Part shown: positions 16,262 to 25,891 of the stretch, one piece after another
Layout of the letters: each line of letters starts with the position of its first letter
Position numbering within the stretch: position 1 is the stretch's first letter
From: an uncultured Bacilli bacterium
GTDB taxonomy: Bacteria > Bacillota_I > Bacilli_A > RF39 > UBA660
DNA length: 50,701 nucleotides
Assembly: GCA_944371545.1 (NCBI GenBank)
Contig: CALVXT010000001.1
Coordinates: 1-50,701, forward strand
Reading direction: 5' to 3'
Made by a program: the position numbers and the translations under genes
Notes under the pieces: generated by a model
Database searches by the model: none
The model's input: the letters and a program-made list of their open reading frames with translations, nothing else
What the model was told of the DNA's origin: nothing

Positions 16262-18202
16262 ATGAAAAAATTTAAATTTATATGTCGATTGCTTCTTTTT
16301 TTCCTTTTAAGTGGAATTATTGTTTTAACTGGTATTTATGTTTATGCATTTTTTTCACCTAAATTAGAGCTTAAAAATATGGGAAAGGTTTTTATTTATG
16401 ATTATGAAAATAATTTGGTTTATCAAGGTTCTGGTTCTAACGATTGGATTAGTTTAGAAGATATCTCTCCTAATTTAATTAATGCTGTTATTAGTGTAGA
16501 AGATAAAAACTTTTATAATCATCATGGTTTTGATTTTTTAAGAATTGGAAAAGCTTTTCTTACGAATATTCAAAAAAATACTAGAATTGGAGCTTCAACT
16601 ATTAGCCAACAATATATTAAAAATATGTTTTTAACTTTTGATCAAACTTGGGCTAGAAAAATAGAAGAAGCTTTTTTAACAGTTGAATTAGAAGTTCATT
16701 ATAGTAAGGATGAGATTTTAGAAGGATACTTAAATACGATTAATTATGGTGAAGGTAATTATGGAATTGAAGATGCTAGTCATTATTATTTTAACAAAAG
16801 TAGTAAAGATTTGACTTTGGAAGAAGCATTGATGTTAGCTGGAATTCCTAAAGCACCAAGTATTTATAATCCTGTTAGCGATTATGATGCTTGTATTGAA
16901 AGGGCTTGGATTGTTGCGCTTACTATGTTAAATAACGGATATATTACAGAAGAAGAATATAATAATTTATTTCAAGAAGAAATTCCTATTTATGGAAAAA
17001 GAACACAGAATAATTCACAAACGATTCTTTATTATCAAGATGCTGTAATGGAAGAGCTTGCTGAAATCAAAACGATTCCTACTTCTTTAATCGATTCCGG
17101 CGGCCTTAAAATATATACAACATTTGATATGAATGCTCAAACAAAGATGGAAGAGAATATTTTAAAATATATGGAAAATCAAGAGGAATTGCAAATTGCA
17201 AGTGTTATGGTTAATCCCCAAACTGGAGGTGTTTTAGCTTTAACTGGTGGACTTAATTATGCGAAAAGTCAATATAATCGCGCGACCCAAAGTAAAAGAC
17301 AAGTTGGAAGTACTATGAAGCCTTTTTTATATTATGCTGCTTTAGAAAATGGACTTGTCTCTTCTTCTACTTTTAAAAGTGAAAAAACGACTTTTTATTT
17401 TTCAAATGACCAAAGCTATTCCCCAAATAATTATAACGATATTTATGCAAATGAAGATATTACTATGTCTGCTGCCATTGCTTTTTCGGATAATGTTTAT
17501 GCCGTTAAAACTCATTTGTTTTTAGGCACCGATGTTTTAGTCGATACAGCTCATTTAGCAGGTATTAAAGAAGAGCTTGTTGGCAATCCTTCTCTTGCAC
17601 TTGGAACTAGTGAGCTTAACATGATGGATTTTGCCACAGGATATACTACTTTAGCTAATGGTGGAAATCAAAAGGAACTTTATTTAATTGAACGAGTTGA
17701 AGATTTAAATGGAAATGTTTTGTACCAACATAAGGATAAACAAGATTATGTTTTAAATAGTAATAGTGTTTATATTTTAAATGAAATGCTTACTAGTACA
17801 ACAAATTCCGCTTACACAGATTATACAACTCCTACCGCTTTATCTTTGGCCTCTAAAATGAGTCGTAAGTATGCTTTAAAAACTGGAACAACAAATACGG
17901 ACTCGTGGGTTGCTGGATATAATCCTGAGCTTTTAATGATGGTATGGATTGGAAATGATGAAGCAAAAGAGATCGATAGTACAGCTAGTTATTATTCGAA
18001 AAACATTTGGCTAGATACAATGGAGGCTTATTTAGAAGGACATGAGGCAGTTTGGTATGAAAAGCCTCAAAATGTTATTGGACTTATTCGTAATGGAATA
18101 ACTGGTAAAGAAGATTTAGAAGGAAAAAATAGTACTGTATTTTATTATGTTAAAGGAACTGAGATAGCTCCTATTGCTGTAAATAAAGAGGATAATACTT
18201 AA
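16262..18202 (+). CDS. Class A penicillin-binding protein (GT51 glycosyltransferase + transpeptidase)
   Basis: N-terminal TM anchor, GT51 motifs (EDKNFYNHHGFD, GASTISQQ), and transpeptidase motifs SxxK (STMKP) and KTGTT. ATG 16262 is preferred over GTG 16253. Confidence 0.9.
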   Translation: MKKFKFICRLLLFFLLSGIIVLTGIYVYAFFSPKLELKNMGKVFIYDYENNLVYQGSGSNDWISLEDISPNLINAVISVEDKNFYNHHGFDFLRIGKAFLTNIQKNTRIGASTISQQYIKNMFLTFDQTWARKIEEAFLTVELEVHYSKDEILEGYLNTINYGEGNYGIEDASHYYFNKSSKDLTLEEALMLAGIPKAPSIYNPVSDYDACIERAWIVALTMLNNGYITEEEYNNLFQEEIPIYGKRTQNNSQTILYYQDAVMEELAEIKTIPTSLIDSGGLKIYTTFDMNAQTKMEENILKYMENQEELQIASVMVNPQTGGVLALTGGLNYAKSQYNRATQSKRQVGSTMKPFLYYAALENGLVSSSTFKSEKTTFYFSNDQSYSPNNYNDIYANEDITMSAAIAFSDNVYAVKTHLFLGTDVLVDTAHLAGIKEELVGNPSLALGTSELNMMDFATGYTTLANGGNQKELYLIERVEDLNGNVLYQHKDKQDYVLNSNSVYILNEMLTSTTNSAYTDYTTPTALSLASKMSRKYALKTGTTNTDSWVAGYNPELLMMVWIGNDEAKEIDSTASYYSKNIWLDTMEAYLEGHEAVWYEKPQNVIGLIRNGITGKEDLEGKNSTVFYYVKGTEIAPIAVNKEDNT

Positions 18203-18551
18203 AGAATCTCATTTTTAGATTTTTTTGTTTTATACAAATTTAATAATGTACGGGTCTTTTAATGAACAAATGTCACTGCAAATTTCCATGTAATTCAAAT
18301 TAATAATTTCCTCAAACGTGACATCAAAATTCTTGATAATCGATTTAAAGTTTCATTTGAAGGTTCTCCTACCATTGACTCTTCTATCATGATTAAACCA
18401 GTTGAATAAATTAAAGCTTTATTTCTAGCTTCAGAAGTACGTGTAGTAAATAAATCATTTGTTAGATTTGGACAAGTTAAAATTGGCTATTAAAAATGGC
18501 TCAAATTTTTGCTTTAAATATTATTATAGAAAGTTAAAAAAATGATTAAAT

Positions 18552-19784
18552 CTAATCATTTTTTTTAATATTAATTGTCATTTGATAATTTCCATTAAGG
18601 TCTACTTCATCTAAAGTTATTTGAAAACCTTGTTTTTGCATTTTATCAATCATATCTCGAACTTCATTAATAGCAGTTTTTAAATCTATTCCTTTTTCTT
18701 CTTCAACTATTTGCTTATAATTTGGATCTAATTTAATAACAGAATCCATTGGGTCAACAATTTTTTCGGTTGATGTTTCTTTAATTTCTTCAATTTTATT
18801 ATTTTCTGGAACTTGAGAATCTGAAAATAAAAATGGTATCACCGATTCTTCTTGTGGTTGTTGAGTGACTGGCTCTGATGGAGGTGTTGATGATCCGATA
18901 TCATCTAAAACCTCTATTTCATCCATTGCAGTATTATCATTTTGAGTAGATGATGGTGTTTCAATCATTTGCATATTTGCGGCTTCATCTTCTAAAAAGT
19001 TAAAAAATTTGTTTGGAATATTTCTTGGTTCTTCAGTTTTTATTTCAGACATATTTTCTTTTTGTTCATTTTCCATAGTTTTAACCTCTTTCGTTGGTTC
19101 TTTTTGATTTATATCACTAGAGTTGTTAATTATTTTTGTTACATCTGGTGCAATATTTACTAAAGGAACATCTTCATTTATTTCTCCTTTTGCTTTTTTT
19201 ATTTCTAAATCCAATTGTCGAACAGTAAGGCGCTTTGTGAGAATTTTTTGTAACCATTTTGGTTGTTCTTCTTTTGGTAAAACTAATAAACTTCTGGCAT
19301 GGCGTTCACTGATTTTTTCCTGTAATAATGCGTCTTGAACTTCAGGTGCTAAATTTAAAAGACGTAATTTATTAGCAATCGAACTTTGACTTACTCCCAT
19401 TTTTTCTGCAAGTTGTTCTTGAGTCATATACCCACGGTCTAATAAATTTTTATATGATTTTGCTTCTTCAATTGGTGTTAAATTTCTTCTTTGAATATTT
19501 TCTACTAAGGCAATTTCAGCACTTTTATTGTCGTCTATATCTGATATAATTGCAGGCACTTGTCTTAATCCTGCCATTGTTGCTGCTTTAAATCTTCTTT
19601 CTCCAGCAATAATTTCATATTTATTTCCTAGTCTTCTTAAAACTAAAGGTTGAATAATGCCATGCTGTTTAATTGATTCTGATAATTCTTTTAAACCTTC
19701 TTCATCAAATGCTAGTCGTGGTTGAAAACGATTTGGTATTATATCCTCTATTGCTACTTGAAGTACCTTTTGATCTGTATTCAC
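18552..19784 (-). CDS. noc: ParB-family protein of the Noc (nucleoid occlusion) type with a long internal insertion
   Basis: ParB N-domain with the arginine patch (IIAGERRFKAA). The HTH region GVSQSSIANKLRLLNLAPEVQDALLQEKISERHARSLL matches B. subtilis Noc (GKGQSTIANKLRLLKL...ITERHARAL) rather than Spo0J. The C-terminus (FQITLDEVDLNGNYQMTINI) is also Noc-like. Residues ~200-365 are acidic, Pro/Gln-rich extra sequence. Confidence 0.8.
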   Translation of the reverse strand: MNTDQKVLQVAIEDIIPNRFQPRLAFDEEGLKELSESIKQHGIIQPLVLRRLGNKYEIIAGERRFKAATMAGLRQVPAIISDIDDNKSAEIALVENIQRRNLTPIEEAKSYKNLLDRGYMTQEQLAEKMGVSQSSIANKLRLLNLAPEVQDALLQEKISERHARSLLVLPKEEQPKWLQKILTKRLTVRQLDLEIKKAKGEINEDVPLVNIAPDVTKIINNSSDINQKEPTKEVKTMENEQKENMSEIKTEEPRNIPNKFFNFLEDEAANMQMIETPSSTQNDNTAMDEIEVLDDIGSSTPPSEPVTQQPQEESVIPFLFSDSQVPENNKIEEIKETSTEKIVDPMDSVIKLDPNYKQIVEEEKGIDLKTAINEVRDMIDKMQKQGFQITLDEVDLNGNYQMTINIKKND

Positions 19785-19935
19785 AAAAATCAGCCCCTTA
19801 CGCCTATTTTATCTATATATCATTTTAACAATAATTTCCAAAATAGGCAATATTAATTTAAAATTTTGTTAAAATTCTAGTTTTTTCTTCCCATTTTCTA
19901 TTACAAATACTATAATTAATTTATGGTGAATTTCT

Positions 19936-21069
19936 ATGTTTGAAAAATATAAAGGTACAATTGATCTTTTTAAAGTAATTTATGATGAATATCATTATCA
20001 AGCGGTATCTTTAGAGGATCTTTATTCTAAGCCATTTATAGAATTAGAAGTATATGGTGTAGATGCTTTGTGCTGGATTACTTTTCAAGGTGAAAAATAC
20101 TTATTTAAAGAAGTGAAGGACTATGAATATAATATTTGGGGAGAGTTAATTTCTGAAGAATTTGCTAAATTATTTGGATTTCCTTGTGCTTCTTATCGAT
20201 TTGCAGCATTTGGAGATCGTTATGGTGTGATTACGAAGAGTTTTTTAAAAAAAGGAGAATCTCTTCGCTTGGGAAGTGAAATTTTTCAAAGATTTATTAA
20301 TCGTTATGTTTTAAAAAACAAGGAAATTCATAATATATTAGATGATCAGCAATTTTTGTCGCTTTATCAAATTCCTCCCTCTTTTTTAAAGCTGGATTCT
20401 TATGATCAAAAAAGATATATTTTTAATCATTTAAACAATTTGGATCAAATTTGGTCTATTATTGAAAATAATAAAAAAATTCACGCAGATGAGAGTCAAA
20501 ACATTATTTCTTCCTTGCTTAATCTTTTAATTTTTGATATTGTAACTTTACAATTAGACCGACATCCGAATAATTGGGGTTATATAAAAAGTGATCAACG
20601 TTATTTACCAAATATTCTTTTTGATAATCAAAAGTCTTTTGGACTTGGATATATTAATATGTCTGACAGGGTTTTAGATTTTAAAAATGAGTTAATGAGC
20701 AGTCGTTTTACTCAAAATTTAGAAGTCTTAAATCATTATTTATACGATACAGGTCTTAATTTAACACTTTCTGTAGATAACATAATTGATAGTTCTCTTA
20801 GAAAAAAAGATAATGCATTAAAAGTATTACAAGATTTGCTTGAAAAATCGGATGAGGATACTTGTAAAAAAATAATTTCTACTATCAATAAAATCCCCAA
20901 AAATTTTTTAGAAAATATTATATGTATGTTAGAAGAAAAAAATGGAATAACAATGAATAATAACTTATATTTCTATATTACGAATCTTTTTTCATTGCAT
21001 TTTTCAAACATCCAAAATATAACTCATTTATATTTGGAAAGGAGTACCCAAAATGAGAAACGAATTTAA
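19936..21069 (+). CDS. HipA-like / PI3-4-kinase-fold putative Ser/Thr kinase
   Basis: Catalytic-loop-like LQLDRHPNNWG (D-x-H-x-x-N, as in HipA DGHAKN) and a downstream ILFDNQ (Mg-binding Asp candidate). The N-terminal part (EKYLFKE ... NIWGELISEEFAKLFG) resembles the HipA_C nucleotide-binding region. Confidence 0.6.
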   Translation: MFEKYKGTIDLFKVIYDEYHYQAVSLEDLYSKPFIELEVYGVDALCWITFQGEKYLFKEVKDYEYNIWGELISEEFAKLFGFPCASYRFAAFGDRYGVITKSFLKKGESLRLGSEIFQRFINRYVLKNKEIHNILDDQQFLSLYQIPPSFLKLDSYDQKRYIFNHLNNLDQIWSIIENNKKIHADESQNIISSLLNLLIFDIVTLQLDRHPNNWGYIKSDQRYLPNILFDNQKSFGLGYINMSDRVLDFKNELMSSRFTQNLEVLNHYLYDTGLNLTLSVDNIIDSSLRKKDNALKVLQDLLEKSDEDTCKKIISTINKIPKNFLENIICMLEEKNGITMNNNLYFYITNLFSLHFSNIQNITHLYLERSTQNEKRI

Positions 21070-21457
21070 TGATTTTCTTCCAATTTTTCAAACTTTTTTA
21101 GATAAAGGTCTTTCTATTCAAGATGCTTTAAGTTTCATCCTTAATAATAAAAATAGAATAATTAATCAAAATTTATTATTTGATGATTACTATTTTATTT
21201 ATAATGGTATGGAACTTTATTGTCTTTTTATTCCTAAAAACGATAATGACTATTTATGGTCTATTTATGAAGAACAAGGCTTCTTACCTTTACAATGTAA
21301 AAGTGAAAATTTAGGCACTTTAAAAAATGGCGATGCAATAATAGATAATATTTTAAGAGCTGGTCATAAATATGCTGAAACGGGAAATGGAAATAAGGAA
21401 CTAGCTCGTTCCTTAAAAAAATATCAATTTAATTCTTCTGGATACCATTTAAGATAA
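21053..21457 (+). CDS. Hypothetical protein (134 aa) translationally coupled to the HipA-like kinase
   Basis: 17-nt overlap with the kinase ORF. SD AAAGGAG lies 9 nt upstream of ATG 21053. No recognisable domain. Confidence 0.55.
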   Translation: MRNEFNDFLPIFQTFLDKGLSIQDALSFILNNKNRIINQNLLFDDYYFIYNGMELYCLFIPKNDNDYLWSIYEEQGFLPLQCKSENLGTLKNGDAIIDNILRAGHKYAETGNGNKELARSLKKYQFNSSGYHLR

Positions 21458-21460
21458 ATA

Positions 21461-23313
21461 TTATTCAATTTCTTTTTGAAATTCTTTTATATATTTTTTT
21501 CTTATTAATGGTAAAACTTGTTCAGTTAATTCTATAGTTGTATCTAAGGTACTTTTAAATGTAGTATCTATAAAACTACATTTTTTTTCTTTCTCTAAAA
21601 ATTGGTGATAAAAAAAGGTTAATGTATCATTAAATTTATTAATTTTATTAAAATCTGCAATACTATTTAATCCAAAACCTATTCTAGATAAATATTCTTT
21701 TTGCAATAAAACTAGAGGATCCATGTAATTTATAATGTGAAAATCAATTGATTGTTTGAATAAAGCTAAATATTTTCTTTGAATTTCCAAATAAGTATTT
21801 TTTGAGATTTCTTTATTTAAAAACTGAATATAACAGTGAATTAATTCATTTAATAAACCCCTTGTAAATACTATTCCTTTTATTTGAGAAATATTTTCTA
21901 AGTTAGAAGTATTTTCAATTAGTTTTATATCGAAATTTGCTATTTGAAAAAAGTCATATAAACTTTCTATGATTCTTGAATTATCATATTTTGGAGCTCC
22001 ACTAAAATCGATAACAAAAGATGGATTTGACGAGCATAATTTTTTTAGTTGGAGTAACTCTTGTCTTTGAGCGTTTATCTTTTTTAACTCTTGATAATAT
22101 TTTTCTTTTCCACAAAACACTTTATCTCTTAAAAAAAGATCTTCTTTTTTACCAAATACAAGTTCTAATGCTGCTTTTAAACGTTTAAAAATAGGTAGAT
22201 CTTTATTTTCATTAAAAATCAAACTTTTATAAATATTTGTATAATACCATTTTTGTTTTTCTTCTCCTCTTTTAAATGAAGAAAAATCTCTTTGACCATT
22301 TTTTTCAAATTTTAAATATAAATCTTCGACATTATTAATTTTATCAGCACATATAACTAATTTGTTTCGTAAAGGAAGTTTTTTTGTTTCTTCGATTGTA
22401 TGTTGTTTTCTTTCTTCCCAAGATAAAGATTTGTCTGGCTCAGATGCTCCCATAACTAAAGAGGCAATATCCCTACCAAATTCCTTTTCAATATCTTCTA
22501 TAGTATATTTTGTGTCTTCTACTACATCATGTAAATAACCTGCTGCGATGACACGATCATCAAAGCCATATTGTTCTAAAATCATAGCTACACTGATAGG
22601 ATGAATTATCATTGGTTTATCAGGTTCACTTTTTCTTTTTTGATCTTTATGAGCTTCAATTGCAAAATATTTTGCTTTTATTTTTATATCCTGTATATTA
22701 TTAACTTGTAAGTATTTTAAAACAAATTTAGCTTTACTGCTAAGTAATGCTTCAACTTCTGCGTTCATTTTTTCATAATCTGTATCTTTACAATATGTAG
22801 GAGCATATCCCATTTTTCCATATTTTTTCTTAATATAATTATATGCTCTTTCAATTTTTTGCTCTAATGTCAATTCCGGATAATTTTTACTTGAATATAA
22901 ATGTGTTCGTTCAATAGATTTATTTAAATTTGTCGTTCTATCTGCTGAAGATAGAATCTTTCCATAATCATTTCTTGGTGTATATTCTAAACTTGATCGA
23001 TGATCTTCAATTGCATCTTTCATTATTCTTCTTTGTTCTTCGGTAAAAAATTCTTTTATTTTTTCATCTTCATAAAAAATTTTTGCTGAAAGTATTTCAT
23101 GTTGATCTTTGTCAATATGATGTCAAGATCATGAAAAGAAGCGATTGTATAAAGCATATCTATGTTTATATTTTGAAATTGACTTGAGAATTCTAGACAC
23201 CTTCTTATTACATATTTAATGTGCTCTATTCCGTGTCCCTCATCATTTTTTGCATACAAGGGAAATATTTCATTTTCAATGTATTCTTTTAGTTTTGGAT
23301 TAATATTATTCAT
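21461..23313 (-). pseudogene. Frameshifted fusion gene: HD phosphohydrolase domain + RelA/SpoT-type (p)ppGpp hydrolase HD domain + unknown C-terminal domain
   Basis: The 85-aa ORF (23056-23313) carries H...HD (HGIEH ... ASFHDL). The 520-aa ORF frame is already open from 23122 (HHIDKDQHEILSAKIF...AIEDHRSS...SSADR), which continues the same HD family. It then has a SpoT-like HD_4 region (AHKDQKRK...HPISVA...AAGYLHDVVEDT). One missing nt near 23123 separates the two frames. Confidence 0.7.
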
Positions 23314-23323
23314 TTCTACTCCT

Positions 23324-24028
23324 TTAATTTATTGATTTCTTTTTTATTTTATCATATGTTCTAGGATATTTCTTATCTGTTTCTTTTTCTTTTATAATGG
23401 ACATTAAGGTTCTTGTTCCGCCATTATTCGGTAAGTCAAATTTTTCTTGTGTTAGTATTTTGCAATTTAATATCTTCATTGTATTTAATGCTTTTTCTAA
23501 TTCTTCTTCAAGATTACCTTTCATTACTAGAAAATTTCCATTTACTTTTAAAGCTGGAATATTAAGTTCTAATAAAATCCGTAGTTCTGCAACAGCTCTA
23601 GAAGTTACAAAATCATAGTATTCACGATGAGTTCTCGTATAATCCTCTGCCCTACTATAAACTGTTTGAACATTTTGAAGGTGTAATTTTTCAATACATT
23701 CATTCAAAAAAGTTATTTTTTTATTATTGCTATCAAGTAATGTAACTTCTAGGTTTGGAAATACAATGGCTAATACAAGTCCTGGAAAACCTGCTCCTGT
23801 TCCAACATCTAAAAGTTTACCATTTTGTAAATTTGCAATTTTAACTAAGGTGAAAGAATCATAGAAATGTTTTAGATATACTTCTTCTTTTGTTTTTATT
23901 GCTGTCAAATTTGTATGTTCATTATACGTTAAAAGGAAATCAGCATATTCTTCTAGTTGATGAAGCATTGTATCTGTAAGTTTTATATTTAATTTTTTGA
24001 TTTCTTTTAAAAACTCTTCTTTATTCAT
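23324..24028 (-). CDS. rsmG: 16S rRNA (guanine527-N7)-methyltransferase
   Basis: GidB family: LLDVGTGAGFPGLVLAI. 8-nt overlap with mnmG. Confidence 0.9.
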   Translation of the reverse strand: MNKEEFLKEIKKLNIKLTDTMLHQLEEYADFLLTYNEHTNLTAIKTKEEVYLKHFYDSFTLVKIANLQNGKLLDVGTGAGFPGLVLAIVFPNLEVTLLDSNNKKITFLNECIEKLHLQNVQTVYSRAEDYTRTHREYYDFVTSRAVAELRILLELNIPALKVNGNFLVMKGNLEEELEKALNTMKILNCKILTQEKFDLPNNGGTRTLMSIIKEKETDKKYPRTYDKIKKKSIN

Positions 24029-25886
24029 CTTTACTATACTCTTTCTTTAAATACACACTTAAAATAGCTATATCAGAAGGATTTACTCCACTAATTCTTG
24101 CCGCCTGACCGACTGAAATTGGTCTTACTTTTTCTAATTTTTGACGAGCTTCTGAAGCCAAGTTTTTGACTTTTTGATAATCTATATCTTTCGGAATCAT
24201 TTTTTCTTCTAATTTTTTCATTTTTTCAACTTCTTTATAGGTCTTTTTTATGTATCCTTCATATTTTATTTGAATTTCTAATTCTTCTTTTGTTTGATTA
24301 TCTATAGGAATTTCTAAGATTTTTTCTAAAAATTCCATGGTAATTTCTGGTCTTTTTAATAAATTATATAGACTATCTGTTATATTTGGAATTTCTTTTT
24401 GGTTTTCTTCAAATATTTCCTTAATTTCTGGGGTGATTTTTAATTTTGTTTCTTGGAGATATTTTTCCCCTTCTTGGATTTTTTGTAATCGATTTTGATA
24501 ATTTTGATACTGTCTTTCAGTTATACTTCCTACTTTATGAGCATATTCTCTTAATCTTAAGTCGGCATTATCATGGCGAAGGATTAATCGAAATTCAGCT
24601 CGTGATGTTAACATACGATAAGGTTCAGCCGTTCCTTTGGTTACTAAATCATCTATTAAAACTCCAATATATGCATCATTTCTCTTTAATATAAGAGGCT
24701 CTTTGTTTTCTAGTTTTAAACTAGCATTTATTCCAGCAATTAAACCTTGTCCGGCTGCTTCTTCATAACCGCTTGTACCATTTATTTGGCCTGCGGTAAA
24801 TAAATTATGGATGATTTTTGACTCTAATGATGGAGTTATTTGAAGAGGGTCTATTGCATCATATTCAATTGCATAGGCATATTTTGAAATCACCGCATTT
24901 TCTAGTCCACTTAAACTATGGACCATACGCTCTTGAATATCTCTTGGCATTGATGTTGAAAAACCTTGTAAATACCATTCATCATAATAAAGACTTTCTG
25001 GTTCTAAAAATAATTGATGTCTTTCTTTATCTTTAAAACGAACAAGTTTATCTTCAATACTTGGACAATATCTTGGTCCTACTCCTGTTACGAATCCACC
25101 GTACATTGCCGATTTATCTAGGTTATCTAAAATAACTTTATGAGTGTTTTCATTAGTATAAATTAGAAAACATTTTTGTTGTTCATTGATTTTATATGCT
25201 GGAGGGTTATCAAAAGAAAATGTCCAGTAGGTATTATCTCCATATTCTGGTTGCATTTTTGAAAAGTCAATAGATGCTGCTTTTATTCTTTGTGGTGTTC
25301 CCGTTTTTAGACGTTGGATTGTAAAGCCATATTTTTTTAAGTTATCGCTTAAATGATTACTTCTTGGTTCGCCATGTGGTCCTGATGGCGTACTTTCTGA
25401 GCCTATTAAAATATTTGCTTTTAAGTATGTTCCGGTTGTTAAAATAACCATAGATGATTCGATTTTTGTCCCATCTGCTAGAACTACTCCTTTTACACTA
25501 TTCTTTTCCACTATTAAATCTTCTACTGTTCCTTCTAAAATAGATAAATTTGGAGTATTTTCAAGTTCTTTTTGCATGTTTTGTGGATAAGTGATTTTAT
25601 CTGCTTGAGCTCTTAGAGAACGAACAGCTGGTCCTTTTGAATTGTTTAGCATTTTAATTTGAAAATGTGAAATATCAGCTATTCGTCCCATTATTCCACC
25701 TAAGGCATCAATTTCTCTTACAATAATTCCTTTAGCTGTACCGCCAATTGATGGATTGCATGGCATGTCTCCAATATTTTTTTTGTTCATTGTAATTAAA
25801 AGGGTTTTATGTCCTTTAAACGCGGCGATATGACTTGCTTCGATACCGGCATGTCCGCCACCAACAACTATTACTTCATAATTCAT
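24021..25886 (-). CDS. mnmG: tRNA uridine 5-carboxymethylaminomethyl modification enzyme MnmG (GidA)
   Basis: FAD motif VIVVGGGHAGIEA and full-length GidA similarity. Confidence 0.95.
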   Translation of the reverse strand: MNYEVIVVGGGHAGIEASHIAAFKGHKTLLITMNKKNIGDMPCNPSIGGTAKGIIVREIDALGGIMGRIADISHFQIKMLNNSKGPAVRSLRAQADKITYPQNMQKELENTPNLSILEGTVEDLIVEKNSVKGVVLADGTKIESSMVILTTGTYLKANILIGSESTPSGPHGEPRSNHLSDNLKKYGFTIQRLKTGTPQRIKAASIDFSKMQPEYGDNTYWTFSFDNPPAYKINEQQKCFLIYTNENTHKVILDNLDKSAMYGGFVTGVGPRYCPSIEDKLVRFKDKERHQLFLEPESLYYDEWYLQGFSTSMPRDIQERMVHSLSGLENAVISKYAYAIEYDAIDPLQITPSLESKIIHNLFTAGQINGTSGYEEAAGQGLIAGINASLKLENKEPLILKRNDAYIGVLIDDLVTKGTAEPYRMLTSRAEFRLILRHDNADLRLREYAHKVGSITERQYQNYQNRLQKIQEGEKYLQETKLKITPEIKEIFEENQKEIPNITDSLYNLLKRPEITMEFLEKILEIPIDNQTKEELEIQIKYEGYIKKTYKEVEKMKKLEEKMIPKDIDYQKVKNLASEARQKLEKVRPISVGQAARISGVNPSDIAILSVYLKKEYSKDE

Positions 25887-25891
25887 TTAAA

